Of a DNA stretch of 64,000 nt, positions 36,111 through 50,282 are shown piece by piece; the stretch's first letter is position 1, and each line of letters opens with the position of its first letter. The stretch is taken from positions 35,898,001 through 35,962,000 of the forward strand of contig OX597814.1 of NCBI GenBank assembly GCA_951406725.2. Direction: 5' to 3'. The translations under genes were made by a program, and so were the position numbers. This stretch comes from Octopus vulgaris (Eukaryota). The notes beneath the pieces are model-generated. The model made no database searches. It was not told where the DNA came from and saw only the letters and a program-made list of their open reading frames with translations.

Positions 36111-37656
36111 CTTCTAATATATATGTATGCATTTATATATTACTCAGCTTATATGGTACTCAGTTTTTACGTTACTCACTTATGAGTATCCCTTTAGCAC
36201 TATTTTTGTTTGGGTCCAATTTTTTTAACCACATAAGTGCAGAAACATCACTTCGTCATTTCCATTTTGGATCTTCATTTTCTTTTCATTTCTTCACTTC
36301 TTCATTGCTTAAACTACATTCCAAATTAATGCTTAAGTTAGAATTAATATTTCATGTATTGCTAAATATTTAAAAATAGAGCTTCAATTCTCAAAGAAGT
36401 TGATTTCTGTGGAAATGGAAATTATTTTAAATTAACTTCAAAATGAAAAGGTTTGAAATTGCTAAATCAGTATAGAATTGTAAAAAAAAAAGGGGGAAAA
36501 AGGAAAACAGGAAAATAAAAGATAAATATAGAGTAAAATGCATGCAAGGAAAGCATATATCATTTAATTAATTAAGACAGAAATGAATAAAGATCAGATG
36601 ATTAATACTATAGGAATTGGTTAAATGGTAGCACAGGGGCTTAAGTATGGAGAAAGGTTACTGAAGAACTATAGTAATATGGAAAATTGGAACGTGATCA
36701 ATAACACTGTATATATTATATTATGTTATGTAATGTAAGTTAGCTAAATGGAATTTTAAAAGAAAGTTTTATTAAATTGGTGTGAACAATAAATCAATAA
36801 CTCACTGAATTTATTAATGAAACTGGAATTACACCTTAAGAATCAAAACGCCTTCATGCAGCACAAATTACAACTAGCCCCATCCTCTTTATTCAACCAG
36901 GAAATATAGTAATTTATATTTCTATACTTATGCTTCCAAATAAATTTTGTTAATGTGGTATTACGTAATATTTTGTTTCTTTTTAAAAAATGAATGCAAT
37001 TATTCCATTTGGGTTTGAATTTTGTTGCTGTAGGGCTAATGTAATAAGTATAACATTTCGTGTGTCTAGACAACACATTTCTATATTAAATTTGCTTGGT
37101 AGAACCAATTACTTAAATGGAACCTCTATAGATCCCTATAGTTACAAACATAATTATGCTTATTAGCAACTAAAGTATATTAATTTTGATTGCAGCCTGG
37201 AAGACATAAGTTGTCTATTCAGAAATATACAAAACCATTAACTTTCCTTAAATATCTATTTATATATATATATATAAATATCTATAATACAGTGTCAAAA
37301 TTTTGAAAATTTTGCAATATACATAACTTGTAATGTTTCTTTTGTTGGTTTTTTTTTGCTTTTTTGACACAGGTCAGTTATTCTGATTGGGTGCTCGTAG
37401 CTCAGTTAGCAATGACTTTGGGTCATTTGAAACTCTTTCAAATATTCCTTCCCCCTTCTCTCTCTTTTCAAAGCATAAAGTCTTCATCACAGGACTGAAA
37501 GTTCAATGAGTGGACCTCTGGTGAGAGACAGTATGAGTTGTAGTGGTAAGTAAAAACATGGTTGGGTTAAAGGTAAGTACATGAGATAGCGATATTATTT
37601 TTTGTTTTTTTTTATATAGATGTATACATATACACACATACACGTATACATATATA

Positions 37657-37981
37657 CATCATCATCATTGTTTACTGTCCGCTTTCCATGCTGGCATGGG
37701 TTGGACGATTTGACTGAGGACTGGTGAACTAGATGGCTGCACCAGGCTCCAATATGATCTGGCAGAGTTTCTACAGCTGGATGCCCTTCCTAATGCCAAC
37801 CACTCTGAGAGTGTAATGGGTGCTTTTACGTGCCACTGGCATGAGGGCTAGTTAGGTGGTACTGGCAACGGCCAGATTCAAATGGTGTTTTTTACATGCC
37901 ACCTGCACAGGAGCCAGTCCAGCAGCATTGGCAATGGCATAAATATATATATGCATGCGTGTACATGTATATATATATATA

Positions 37982-38072
<91 letters not shown>

Positions 38073-38700
38073 GTGATACATGACTGCAGCTTTGAAGCTG
38101 AAACAATTTAAAGATTAAACATTTAAGATTGTATATATATATGCTAGCATGGAAAGCGGACGCTAAACGATGATGATGATGATGATGATGATGATATATA
38201 TCATCATCATCATCATTTAGTGTCTGTTTTCCATGCTGCCATCGGTTGGACAATTTGTCAAGAGCTGACCAACTGAAGAGCTGTTCAGACACCATGTCTG
38301 TTGTGGCATAGTTTCTACAACTGGATGCTATTCCTAATACCAGCCACTTTACAGAGTGTATTGGGTGCTTTTACACAGCACCAGCATGGGTGTTTTTTAC
38401 GTGGCATCAACACCAATGAGCCCACAAGATTAGGGATGCTCAGCTGAAGAGGGTTGCAAAAAATAAGCCTGCATGCAAGGGCAACCATGCATTACTCTGG
38501 TAATGTTTCTACAGCTGGATGCCCTTCCTAATGCCAACCACTCCAAGAGTGTAGTGGGTACTTTTTATGTGCTACCGGCACGGGAGCCAGTCAGGCAGTG
38601 CTGGTATCAGCCACATTCAGATGGTGCTTTTTATGTGCCACTGGCATGGGGAGCCAGTCAGGCAGCATTGGCAATGACTCACACATGAATGTTTTTACAT
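37657..38700 (-). mobile_element. Cluster of RTE 3'-UTR fragments, including one short + strand tail at 38141-38195
   Basis: Repeated (CAT)n-tttaac/ctggatgcccttcc modules around a long (TA)n. Confidence 0.8.
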
Positions 38701-39255
38701 GTCTTTTACAAGGGAAATCATGCTTTTACATGTCTTTTCAAGCACATCAAACCACCAGGAATCTCAAGCCCCTGTCATCCTGACCAGGAGTCATATATTT
38801 ATCACAGATAAGTAGATAAATATATATATAAATAAATTAATAATTAATTTATAAAGAAGGATAAACTGAGAGAATGTGGAAAGAGAAATTGAAAAGAATT
38901 TAAAATAAAAAATTAAAAAATTTGGATTTAAGGAGGATTACCTATGTGAAAACATTGGGTGTTACCCCATTCAAATTTATGGTTAAGTCTGGGTTTTTAC
39001 TCATGTGTAGAGGCAGTTAATTTTTAATTGTTTAATTGAAATTTCATGTTTATATATATTTTTCAACATTTTAATTTTGGAATTTTTCAATACCTTATTG
39101 ATTTTACTTCTCTATTACCGACTTTTAATTTCAATGCTAACTTTTAATGCTAATATTCAATCTTTAAAAGACATTTTTGCAACGTGCCACCCAGTGGAAC
39201 TGAACCTGAAACTAAGTGGCTGAGAAGCAAACTTTTTACCACACAGCCATAACTG

Positions 39256-39294
<39 letters not shown>

Positions 39295-39297
39295 TAT

Positions 39298-39621
39298 AGT
39301 GAAGATTATTTGCCAACATAATGTGGTAGTCCCAGTTGTGAAGAGTGTTGCAGTTATTTAGCCCCAGGAAACATCATCTCCAGCTGGCTATATAATACAC
39401 TATCTGTGTCCCTTTATTTTAGAACAGGGGAGTCTAGCCTCCGCACTCAGTACAAAGCAATATCTGTGGACCACGTGCTGAGTGGGGATGCTAAATATAA
39501 AATATAAGGACACAGATAGTGTGTTGTATTGCCAGCTGGAGACAATGTTTCCTGCGGCTAAATAACGGTCACATTTGTCCCAACCAGGACTGTCACATTA
39601 TGTTGACTAATAATCTTTACT
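39298..39621. repeat. About 325-bp imperfect palindrome (foldback/MITE-like)
   Basis: Arms agtgaagattatttgccaacataatgtg...cactatctgtgtcc and ggacacagatagtg...cacattatgttgactaataatctttact. Confidence 0.85.
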
Positions 39622-39676
39622 TTAGAATACTGAATGTCTCTCGTTGAGAGATTTAGAAATAGTAATGTTTCTATTT

Positions 39677-40527
39677 CATCATCATCATCATCATCATTGC
39701 TTAATGTCCATTTTCCATGCTGGCATGGGTTGGACAGTTTGACTGGGAACTGGTAAGCCAGGAGGCCTCACCAGGCTCCAGTCTGATCTGGTAATGTTTC
39801 TACAGTTGGATGCCTTTCCTAATGCCAACCACTGCAAGAGTGTAATGAGTACTTTTTACAGGGGGCCAGTCAGGCAGCACTGGCATCATCCATATTTGGA
39901 TGGTGCTTTTTATGTGTCAATAGCACAGGGAGCCAGTCAGGCGGCACTGGCAATGACCCACGCAGGAATGGTGCTTATTGTGTGCCACCAGCATGAAAGC
40001 CAGTCAGGCTGCACTGGCATTGGCCATAACTACAATTTCCATTTGGTTGTGATTTGATTTTTGATTTTGGCTTTGATTTTACTTGACCGAATAGGTCTCC
40101 TCAAGCACAGTGTGTTGCCTGATGATTCAAAGGTACTTTTTAAATGGGCTGGTTATGTGAAACTGTTATAGGCTACAGCTGTGATCTCACTTTAGTTGCC
40201 AGGTCTTCTCAATCACAGCATATCTCCAGAGGTCTTGGTCTTTTATTATTGCCTCTGTGAGGCCAAACATTCAATGGTCATGCTTCACCATCTCATCACA
40301 TGTTTTCCTGGGTCTCCCTCTTCCACGGGTTCCTTCCACTCTTAGGGAGTGACACTTCTTCACACAGCTCTTCTCATCCATATGCAGCATATGCCCATAC
40401 CAGCACAGTCGTCTCTCTTGCACACCACATCTGATTCATCCTATGTCCAACAGTTCTCTCAGGGCTCTTACACTCTGTCGTGTGTGCACACTGACATTAC
40501 ACATCCAGTGGATCATACTAGCCTCAT
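39677..40527 (-). mobile_element. RTE-clade LINE 3' end
   Basis: RRLCWYGHMLHM..VEGTRGRGRPRKT followed by the UTR and (GAT)n. Confidence 0.85.
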
Positions 40528-40529
40528 TT

Positions 40530-40568
<39 letters not shown>

Positions 40569-43500
40569 CACACACACATGTGTGTGGGTGTGTGGGTGTG
40601 ATTTTCTTTCCACCTTTAATGGCATGATTTATACCAAAGTCAATTTTATAGTTTCCCTTTCTAATGCAATTCACTCCAGCATGGTTGAACAAATGAGAAA
40701 CTAATGACACCGCTACTGCTGCTGATGATGATGGCTACAGTGATGATGAGGCTAAGGGGGCATAGGGTGGATAATACTATTAATGTAAACAAAGATGATG
40801 AAAACGAAGAAGAGGGAGAAACAAATTCATTATGACAACAATATTGATATGAGGTAGGAAGTAGGCCCTATATGACATTTGCATTGAGATTAATGGATAG
40901 ATATGTACACATTTATATATTTTAGAGTCAGACTTGGTTAGGTTTGATGGCCCCATTGTATATTACTCGTTGATATTCTTATTTCCTGAATGCTTAGATG
41001 GATAAGATAAAATAGACAAGAAGCACTTTTTTGCTTTATTTTTATAATTTAAAAAATATACTTCTTGCTTTGTTCCAGTAAAAGCAAAGGTTATATTCCA
41101 ACATTCTATGTATTGGCTTGATGGGCTTATTGTATATTACTCACTGTTACTCTTGTTAATTCTTTCACATGTTGTTGGGTAAAGTAAATATATAATGTAC
41201 ATATTTCTTCCTTTTTTTTAATCATATTTATAATTTCTAAATGATATATTTTTGTTGGCCATTCATTCCACTAAAAGCAAAATTATGTTCTTCATAAAAT
41301 ACAGAAATATATCCTCTGCTTTCCATCAACCCAAATGACAGCATGATAGGGGCAAAATCAGGAACATTTGACTTGCAACACTAAGAATATCAGACCCTAC
41401 ACTCATCACAAGGAAAGAACTTACGGAATTATCCTATAGTTAAATTGCATGTGGAAATGTTTCAATAGAGGGGACAATTTTGAACTCCCTACTTTCTGAA
41501 AGAAGTTCAATGTCTAAAGCAGAATTTCTATACTGGAATATAGTTCTGCTGATTTAACTGTATCTGAAACTTATTATTTTTAACTAATTACAAATTTTAG
41601 AAACATCTATTTGTATTAATTTATTATAATAACTTGTTTAGTTCAAAGTAATTAAAATTGTGTTTGATGCGTGATAATCGAAAGAAATTTTTAAAAAGAA
41701 AAAAATTTACAGCCTTGCATGCTTAAATCATTGCTTTTTTTACAGTTTGTTATAGTTTCTCTGTATGATTATATTTTATATAATAATAGTTTCGGCTGTA
41801 GAAATTTGTTTTCTGAAAAAGGCCTTAATACATTTTTCATATATTTTTTTTAAAAGATCATATGTATTACATTCTATAGAATTTAGATTTGTCAGGCTCC
41901 AATCCAGTACCACAGAGACATGTTATAGCCACTATATGCATAAGCTGATAGTACTTATTTGTATTCTAATCCTAGGAATGAGATGTTAATATTTTTTTTA
42001 CCCCATAAAAAATTCCTTTTCCATTCTTGTTTGGACATCTTTGAACCTGGTTTCACCCAAATCTATGCCCAAATATCTATAAAACATGCAAACCAATGAC
42101 ACTGTAGACAGGTGAATGTGGATTTTTGTAGCCATTGTAATATTTTTGCTCTCTGGAATTCCAAACTATATTTTCTGTTGTCATTCGGCTTTGCATCTAT
42201 TTTCTATCAGTCTTTTGGATTTCTTTTGGCTAAAAGTAGTGTTAATATCATTGCTAAACAACTTGAAAAAATATTATGATGACTCAAAATCTGAGAAGCG
42301 CTTACAGTTTATAATTTTAGGCCACCCATAATGATGAGATAATAAATGAGCCTGGTACCCTTTCCCTCTATGTAGTATCTAATACTGGATGTTTTTTTTT
42401 TTGTTTGTCAACTAAAAGGTAACAAGTAAGGTTGAAACGAAGATAAAAACTGCTGTTTCCTTAGAATAACCCAGTAGTTATTCTTGAGGCTGGAGCTTAC
42501 TTTTCATACAGCCCAGAATGGCTTCACTTGTTATTGACCTTTCATCCATTAATATGATTCACACCAACCGCACTTTCATTGACCATACTCACTTCTGCTG
42601 AGCCACCACTATACATCTCACACATCTCATGCCCTACACCTGCCTCTCTTACCCACCAAATCCTAAAAACCGCCCTTCCACATATCGTCTCTCTTTCATC
42701 CTTCTCTCTTCTGTATCATCATTAATATTCTGTGGCTCTGTACTCTCAGTCATCTCCTCTCTCCAACCTCTCTTAGCTCAAGCATATTGGTCATCTACCA
42801 TTCACTACATTTGCTCTTCATCCTTACCTAATGTTTACAGTCATCTCCCCTCTCCTCTATCCTTCCCTTCTCCCATACTCTCTTGCAACCTCCAACCACC
42901 CACCCTTCCACAATCCTAATCGCTTTGTTCCACTCACTTCTATTCACCTTGTAACTTGAGGATTCATGCAGGCAGTCCTATTTGTATCTCTTTCCTTCTT
43001 CACTTCATCACTCCTACTCTTCCTTCTAAAATGCAAACAGTCATGTAGCTCTTCTATAGCAAGAAACCAGTTCTGCTCTGACTTCCTCTCTCAGGTATTT
43101 ACCCCTCATTTCCTCGCATAAAGCTATTCCCTCAGGATTTGTATACTTACAAGCTGCATAGTAACCTTGTTAGTGTTTGTGGCAGGAAATAAGCACCCAA
43201 TATATTCTGTAATGTAGTTAAAGTTAAAAGTAACATCCAACAGTAGAAACATACCAAAGTAGACATTGGAACATGATGCTGTCCTTGGGACCAGCGACTT
43301 TTTATCAAACCAACTAACATGAACAAGCAGGAAACATGAACACCAAATGATTATTATTGTCATCATTATTATTATTATGATTACTAAGATAGTGAGCTGG
43401 CAGAATTATTAGCATGGTAGATATTTCTCCAGAGTTAAGTCCCAATTCATGGTTCATTCACCTTCATCCCAAGCTGGAGCCATTGGACACTGACAGGTTG

Positions 43501-43621
43501 TCACCTCTGTGACTAAGGAGTCCTATCTACCCCAGTTTTTAAATTAGAGTGTTCCTTCTCCGAGACAGACTGCCAGCCAAGGCTCACAAGTCCTGTCTGC
43601 CCATTTTGGGAATTATTATTA

Positions 43622-43667
<46 letters not shown>

Positions 43668-44492
43668 TTGCTGAGTTCAGATATCGTATAAAAGTATCCA
43701 AGTAAGTTTTAATTATTATCAAACATTACTGACTGAAAAGTATTCCTTTTGGATTATGTTATGAGCAGGAAAGATTTGGAACGTATACACTGGTATCTGA
43801 GTTTGGCATAGTCTATGTCTTACACCTCATTTCAATTTTTTGCCCGAGTTTAGTTGTTTTTACAATCAAAGTTGCTTCCTCTACTAGAAAAAATGGGTAA
43901 GAGTTGAGAAAAAGTAAGGGAGTGCATCTGAAAGAACAATGTAGTTTAATTCTGGATGACATGAAAATAATTTCAGAAATACATAAATAGAAAAAAAAGA
44001 AAAAAGACAATAAAGCAAACACACAAGTTCTCAAGTATAGACAATTACAATTTAATATAAGAAAAAGTAGATTTTCCACAACATTAAAAGTAGCAACAAA
44101 AATGATAACATACACTCACAGGCATTTAAAATGAAAAGACTAATGAAAAATTTTAACTTTAATCACGTTTATTATAACAGGCAAACTTTGAACATGAACT
44201 ACCTTGTCAAGAAAAAAAAGTAATTTCATACACACACACACACACACACATGGATGGTAAGAAAATAAAAAATAGTTCAAGCTGAAATAGAATTCAAACA
44301 ATCTTGGAGTGGATTAAAATTAATAATTCATGATAACTACCAGATAGAAATGTTCAAGAGAAATATTTAACCAGGAAGATGTGTAAGATGGCAGAACTTC
44401 GACATAATCTTGGATAAATATCTGCAAGCACTAAAACATTTTGAGCAGGTGCTGAAGTAGTCTTTAGACTAAATTCATACATACACTCATGC

Positions 44493-44532
<40 letters not shown>

Positions 44533-44837
44533 GTAAATATATATATATACATACACATATATAGATATGCACACACATACATATATATATATATACATAT
44601 AAGAATATGTGTATGTGTTTATATATATATATATGTGTGTGTGTGTGTACAACTATAATAATATATATTTATATTCATATGTGTACATACACATATTTAT
44701 TCATCTATGTATACATAGATGTATATTTATTTATATGTACATAAATAGATGCAAAGGTGAATGATTTATCTACTTGAGGTGAAAGATGATGATAACATGT
44801 CTACAATATATATATATGTGTGTATATAATATATATA

Positions 44838-45233
44838 TCTTTATATATAAAAGTGAGGTTGTGTGCTGTCTGTCTCCTATGATTTAGATTCCTAACTACT
44901 CCCACATTTTGCGGTGCAGTTTAACCAAAACCGGGTATCTTATAGTCGTGATTCATATCGAGCCCTTCTGGGTATTAGCGCGCATCTATGATGAGTCTAC
45001 GATTTTAAAAAAATTTACCATCAATTTTTTCCCATTTTTAATGCATTTTTGGCATATATAAGGGAAGTAACTCTCTAAAAATTTATTATTAAACCTCAGA
45101 ACGTAAAAAGCTACAGTAAACCGCCCCCTTTGTGGTTAGCCATATTGAGATGGCTATTATACTTTACATCTCTAAAAATGCTTATATAGTTATTTCCCTT
45201 ACAAACCCGAGCAACGCCGGGCGATACTGCTAG
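44838..45233 (+). mobile_element. Non-autonomous Helitron
   Basis: 5' TC(TTTATATATAAAAG), subterminal hairpin cccgagcaacgccggg (45206-45221), 3' CTAG; inserted between A and T with no TSD. Confidence 0.85.
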
Positions 45234-45559
45234 TATATATATAAATGAGTAATTATGAAAAGCACAATATATATCTATGTATATGCATATATACTTTACA
45301 CATGCACACACACACACGCACACACATGCACACTCACACACATATGAGCAGACCCTTGAGCAATAAACAGAATACTTCAATCTTTATTTTGGCTAAAGTG
45401 ATTTTCAAAACTAATTCATTTATCATTAAGCCTGAAATGATCCGTTGCGATAATAAATTTCGAATACCACGAGAAAATTACACTTAATGACCCTATTGTT
45501 GATCTTTAGATCTGGCATTGTTGCAATCAAGCTGAAACTTTCCTGATTAAGAGTCCCTG

Positions 45560-45870
45560 GTTTATGTTTAGCAAATTAATGAGAAATGTCTAACTGCCGA
45601 AGACATCAAGAAATGATGAAGATATTGAAGATAAAGTCAAACTAAGTTTCTTATTATCCAATCAAGTAATATTTCCAAGAATTTTGGAAAGGCTAAATTT
45701 TAGTTACATCAGTCATGGAATTGACTAGAGGCTTAGTAAAAATTTTCGTTTTCAAATTATGTCAGACCTGAATATTTGGAAAAGTACCAACAATGAGACT
45801 GAGACGTGTTTTCTCCTTTACCTGGTTTTCAGCATCACTTGTAAGAACTCTGATATCTAAATTATTGATC
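45560..45870 (+). mobile_element. Possible hAT transposase C-terminal relic
   Basis: ccaacaatgagactgagacgtgttttctcc resembles PT..ERVFS of the hAT dimerisation domain; weak. Confidence 0.35.
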
Positions 45871-46329
45871 ACAGCTTATAAAATGACTAAGTTTAAATTT
45901 GTTAGTGTTTAGTGATATAACATTGCAAAGTGATTTTACACCAACAGGCATGACCACATGCACTATAAAGAAACATTTATTAGTCTCCTAAGATCATGTA
46001 TTTGAAAGGTCTAGATTCAGTTTTGTTGTGACTGCAGTGTCTCACACATGAGAGATAGAACCATCTACAATAACTGTATCGGCAGAACTTGTCTGCTACT
46101 CTTGCTCTAGAGCTCTTTTTTGTGCCCCAGGCAATTGCCTGAGTTACTGGTACCTTGAGCTGGTCCTGCAACTGGTATTGTCAATGAGTGTGTTGATGCC
46201 TTCAGACTTGTATGTAGCATTCACTTCAGATCCAATCACTGTTCTGACTCTATTAATATTCTTTTCTTAATATTTCCTTCATTAAGGTGGGTTGTATTCC
46301 ATCACCTTCTCATTCCTTTCTTCTCTTTA

Positions 46330-47050
46330 TCATTCTCGGCCCCTACTCTCTTATCCTAAAACCCCTTTGTTAGTTCTAGCCTCCAGTGGGAGTGATCACC
46401 AGCCATGCTTTGCCAACTTTCAACATTCATGTAAAGAACATTATATCTCTCTTGCAAACATCTTTGAAACAGAATGGAATACCCATGTGTTGTCATACTG
46501 GAGGGCAATTCCTCATACAAAAAGTCATTTGGGATACTACCATTTACATACAGAGTACATGATCCAGCCAGCAGGGACATCCTTATTGGAGAAAAATAAA
46601 GAACTCAGAACCTTTTTGCAAATCAAGTTCTCACTTTTGGTGTCTTGGTGAATAGTCCACCTGATATGCGGGATCAGTTTCAGGCTGCAAAAGTGTGTCA
46701 CATTAGGAAAAGTATTGACATGGAATTGGATCTGCATTTTCTATTAGAGAAAATCAAAATAGCTGTGAGTTTACAGATGCTACATCCAGAAGCTACGAGA
46801 GATGTCATTACTCTTCATGTATGTATCTTGGGTGCAGCTGACATCACTATGACACTTATAGATTTTATTCTGGATTAGCAATCAGCCCTCACTCATAACA
46901 TTACCAGACCAGGGATTTCTGGATATTTTCTGTAGCCTTTGACCTGAGAGACTTTAGGAACAGAATGATCCATTGATCTTCTTTAATGATCAGAACCTTC
47001 CTGTTACCTTCCTTGCAAGAGTTATTGTGCTACAGGCCACATTGTTAGAA
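46330..47050 (-). mobile_element. Decayed RTE (BovB-like) ORF C-terminal relic
   Basis: CWLDHVLCM..IP..FLYEEL..LFKDVCKRD. Confidence 0.65.
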
Positions 47051-47228
47051 TGGTATGGAACTGTGAAAGCCTGACAAAATTCTCGATGGCACATATAAAA
47101 ACAACTCACATAGCACATATTTTACACAACAGCCAAATAAAGCACTGAACATTTTCTGTGTTTTGACATCAAGTTTCTTCAGATTATTCACTGCTGAGTT
47201 GGTGTTAAAGATGTAAGCTACAACTGGT

Positions 47229-47381
47229 CAGGGCCAGCCCTAGGGTTGCTGGCACCCCAGGCAAGCTGAACTTAAGCGTGTACAAGCTGATGGTCATGGA
47301 AATTTCTTTGTCTTTGTCACGCCCTCCTTAGCATCCTTTAGCACATGGTGCCCCAGGCGATTGCCTGAGTTGCCGGTCCTG
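47229..47381. mobile_element. hAT MITE
   Basis: Ends cagggccagc / gccggtcctg; 8-bp TSD caactggt at 47221-47228 and 47382-47389. Confidence 0.85.
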
Positions 47382-48475
47382 CAACTGGTACTGTCAGTGA
47401 GTGTGTTGATGCCTTCAGATTTGTATGTAGCATTCAATTCAGATCCAATCACTTTTCTGACTCTGTTTATATTCTTTTCTAAATATTTCCCTCATTAAGG
47501 TGGGTTGTGTTCCATCGCATTCATTGACAATAAAGTATTTAGAAATACCTTAGTGTTCTAATTCCTTTATGAATGTCGACATCAAGTTCTAGGTTGCTGC
47601 TGTTGGTTAGATTCCCATGTTTGAAAGCAGCTTTTGCACATTTATCATGGCCAAATTCTATACCAGTGTCAACCCTATAGGTTTTTACTTTCTCAAGGAA
47701 TCCAGATGTTGGCTGACACTTGTAGTAAAGGTCCTGTGATCATCTGTATAAAATAAGAGATTCAGTTTCCCGTCACTGCTTGGTAACCATAACCAATTTT
47801 GTTGGGATAAGTTCCTAGAGGGGCAACAGCAAAGCAAAATAATAAAAGTGATAGTAAGTCCCCTTCGAATAACCAACATTTAATATTTGTGAGTTATATT
47901 GTCAATGTGCTTTTTTCACGGCTTTGATGGAGGGTCGTTGTTTCCTTGCCTTTGTATAGGTTTTAATAAAATTAGTGATGGTTGGACAGATTTTTATAAA
48001 TTTTGAGGCTCTTTGCAATATAGTTATGAGAGACACTTTGCAAAGCTTTTTTATAGTCCATCCAGGATGTAGAGAAGATCTTCCTTCTACTCTTGACTTT
48101 TTCCAAGATGGCCTTGTTGATAAGCAGCTGATCCTTACAGCCCTAGCTTCCTTTTCGGAACTCTTTATGTTCTTTTGGCATATGAAATGTGTAATTCCTC
48201 TCTGTGATAATTGATGTGAAATTCTTGTACATGGTTGGAAGGTAGGGGATAGGTCTGTAATTTTGGGAGATTTGATTCTTTTCAGTCTTAATGAGAAGAT
48301 ATGTTATTTCTTCTGTAAGCCATTTGGGGTATGAATCTAGGTTTTCAGGATGTTGTTATATGCCAATGTTAGGTCTTTATGTGTGCCTACTAGATCCTTA
48401 ATCAAAACATTGTCAGTTCCATTACACCCCCCACTGCTTTCCAGTTGATTTTTATTGATGACATATTTAGTTTCT

Positions 48476-48734
48476 ACAGTTCTATATTTAAGAGATGAGG
48501 AATTATGTACATTATTTACATTACTCTCTTTTACTCTTTTACTTGTTTCAGTCATTTGACTGCGGCCATGCTGGAGCACCGCCTTTAGTCGACCAAATCG
48601 ACCCTGGGACTTATTCTTTGTAAGCCCAGTACCTATTCTATCGGTCTCTTTTGCCGAACCGCTAAGTGATAGGGATGTAAACACACCAGCATCGGTTGTC
48701 AAGCAATGCTAGGGGGACAAACACACAAACACAT

Positions 48735-48765
<31 letters not shown>

Positions 48766-48975
48766 CATATATACGACAGGCTTCTTTCAGTTTCTGTCTA
48801 CCAAATCCACTCACAAGGCATTGGTCGGCCCGAGGCTATAGCAGAAGACACTTGCCCAAGATGCCACGCAGTGGGACTGAACCCGGAACCATGTGGTTGG
48901 TTAGCAAGCTACTTACCACACAGCCACTCCTGCTCCTATATTTACATTCGACGGATATTTGTCCTCATCTTGTAA
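48476..48975 (-). mobile_element. Truncated 3' end of the hammerhead/Penelope-type element, with SINE A nested at 48523-48938
   Basis: Matches 60110-60180. Outer TSD atatttagtttct; inner SINE TSD tatttacatt. Confidence 0.85.
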
Positions 48976-49907
48976 ATATTTAGTTTCTTCTAGTATTATA
49001 TTAGTTTCTAGTATTATATTAGTTTCTAGTATTATATTTGTATTATATTAGTTTTAGCTTGAGCTTCCATTTCCATATGAAGCTATTGTTCTTCTTTGAT
49101 CCAGTTTGTGCATTTATGAGTTTTATTCTCCCAGACATTATTCCATACATTTTCCTTCTCTAATGGTCAGTGTTTGGTTTATGTCCATTTCCTTTTCTTC
49201 CAGTTCTCTTTAGAGCATGTTAGCATAGTTTTTGAAGGTATTGTTAAGCCCATAGGATTTATTTCTTTTTGTCATACCGTTGAGCCATTGTACTTTGATC
49301 TATATCTGTTGTTTTAGGGACTCTTTTGCTGTTATGAGGTTCCCTTTTCCTTTTATATTGCACTGCATTTTCAGTCTGTTTTTTCCATTCATTCTTCCTT
49401 TTGCTTATTTATTTATTTATTTATTTAGTTATTTTCCTGTTTCTTTTTTTCTCTTGCAAATCAAGTGTCATATCAGGTAAATGCAAGTGAAAAGAATATC
49501 TTATAAAATAGGATACAATTAATAAGAAGAAAAGTGAGACAATTACCTATGAAACAGACCTTATCCAGTTAACTATTTATCATACTATAAAGACAGCTTT
49601 CTAAAGAGGAAATGAATACCAGAGTGAACGTGTATGTTCTATTTAGTGGTTTTCATAATGATTCCTTTTTCTATTTCTTCTACCAGTCATAATGATCTCC
49701 AAAATGTTTTGATATCTTTTCCTATTTTGTCTCTCTATCTGTCCTTTTTCCATTGTTTCTGGGAATGTTACTCTGGTTTTATTGATCATTTCTTCAATAA
49801 CAGTTGCAGAGACATAGATCATTTCATTTATTTCAGTAATGGACAGTGGTCTTTCTATGTCCTTTCGAATCTTGTCAACAGTTTTATTAATAGTGTTGTT
49901 AATTTTC

Positions 49908-50282
49908 TTCTTTTACTTGTTTCAGTCATTTGGCTGTGGCCAATCTGGAGCACCACCTTTAGTCGAGCAAATCGACCCTAGGACTTATTCTTTGTAAGCC
50001 TAGTACTTATTCTATCGGTCTCTTATGCCGAACCGCTAAGTTACGGGTACGTAAACACACCAACATTGGTTGTCATGCAATGCTGGGGGGACAAACAGAG
50101 ACACACAAACATATACACACACGTGCTTCTTTCAGTTTCCATCTACCAAATCCACTCACAAGGCTTTGGTCAGCCCGGGGTTAGAGTAGAAGACACTTGA
50201 CCAAGGTTCCACACAGTGGGACTGAACCCGGAACCATGTGGTTCGTAAGCAAGCTACTTACCACACAGCCACTCCTGCACCT
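49908..50282 (-). mobile_element. SINE family A
   Basis: Full reverse-complement match to family A. Confidence 0.9.

Noticed and set aside
40945-41295. Degenerate ~175-bp tandem duplication
   Set aside because: Old, AT-rich and without functional features; the short duplications at 48990-49050 and 59850-59995 were set aside for the same reason.
43520-43610. Possible HDV-like ribozyme on the minus strand (GGGCAGAC...GTCTGTCT)
   Set aside because: Only a P1-like pairing is visible; L3/P1.1, P2 and the catalytic J4/2 cannot be assigned. It is probably a retroelement UTR fragment.
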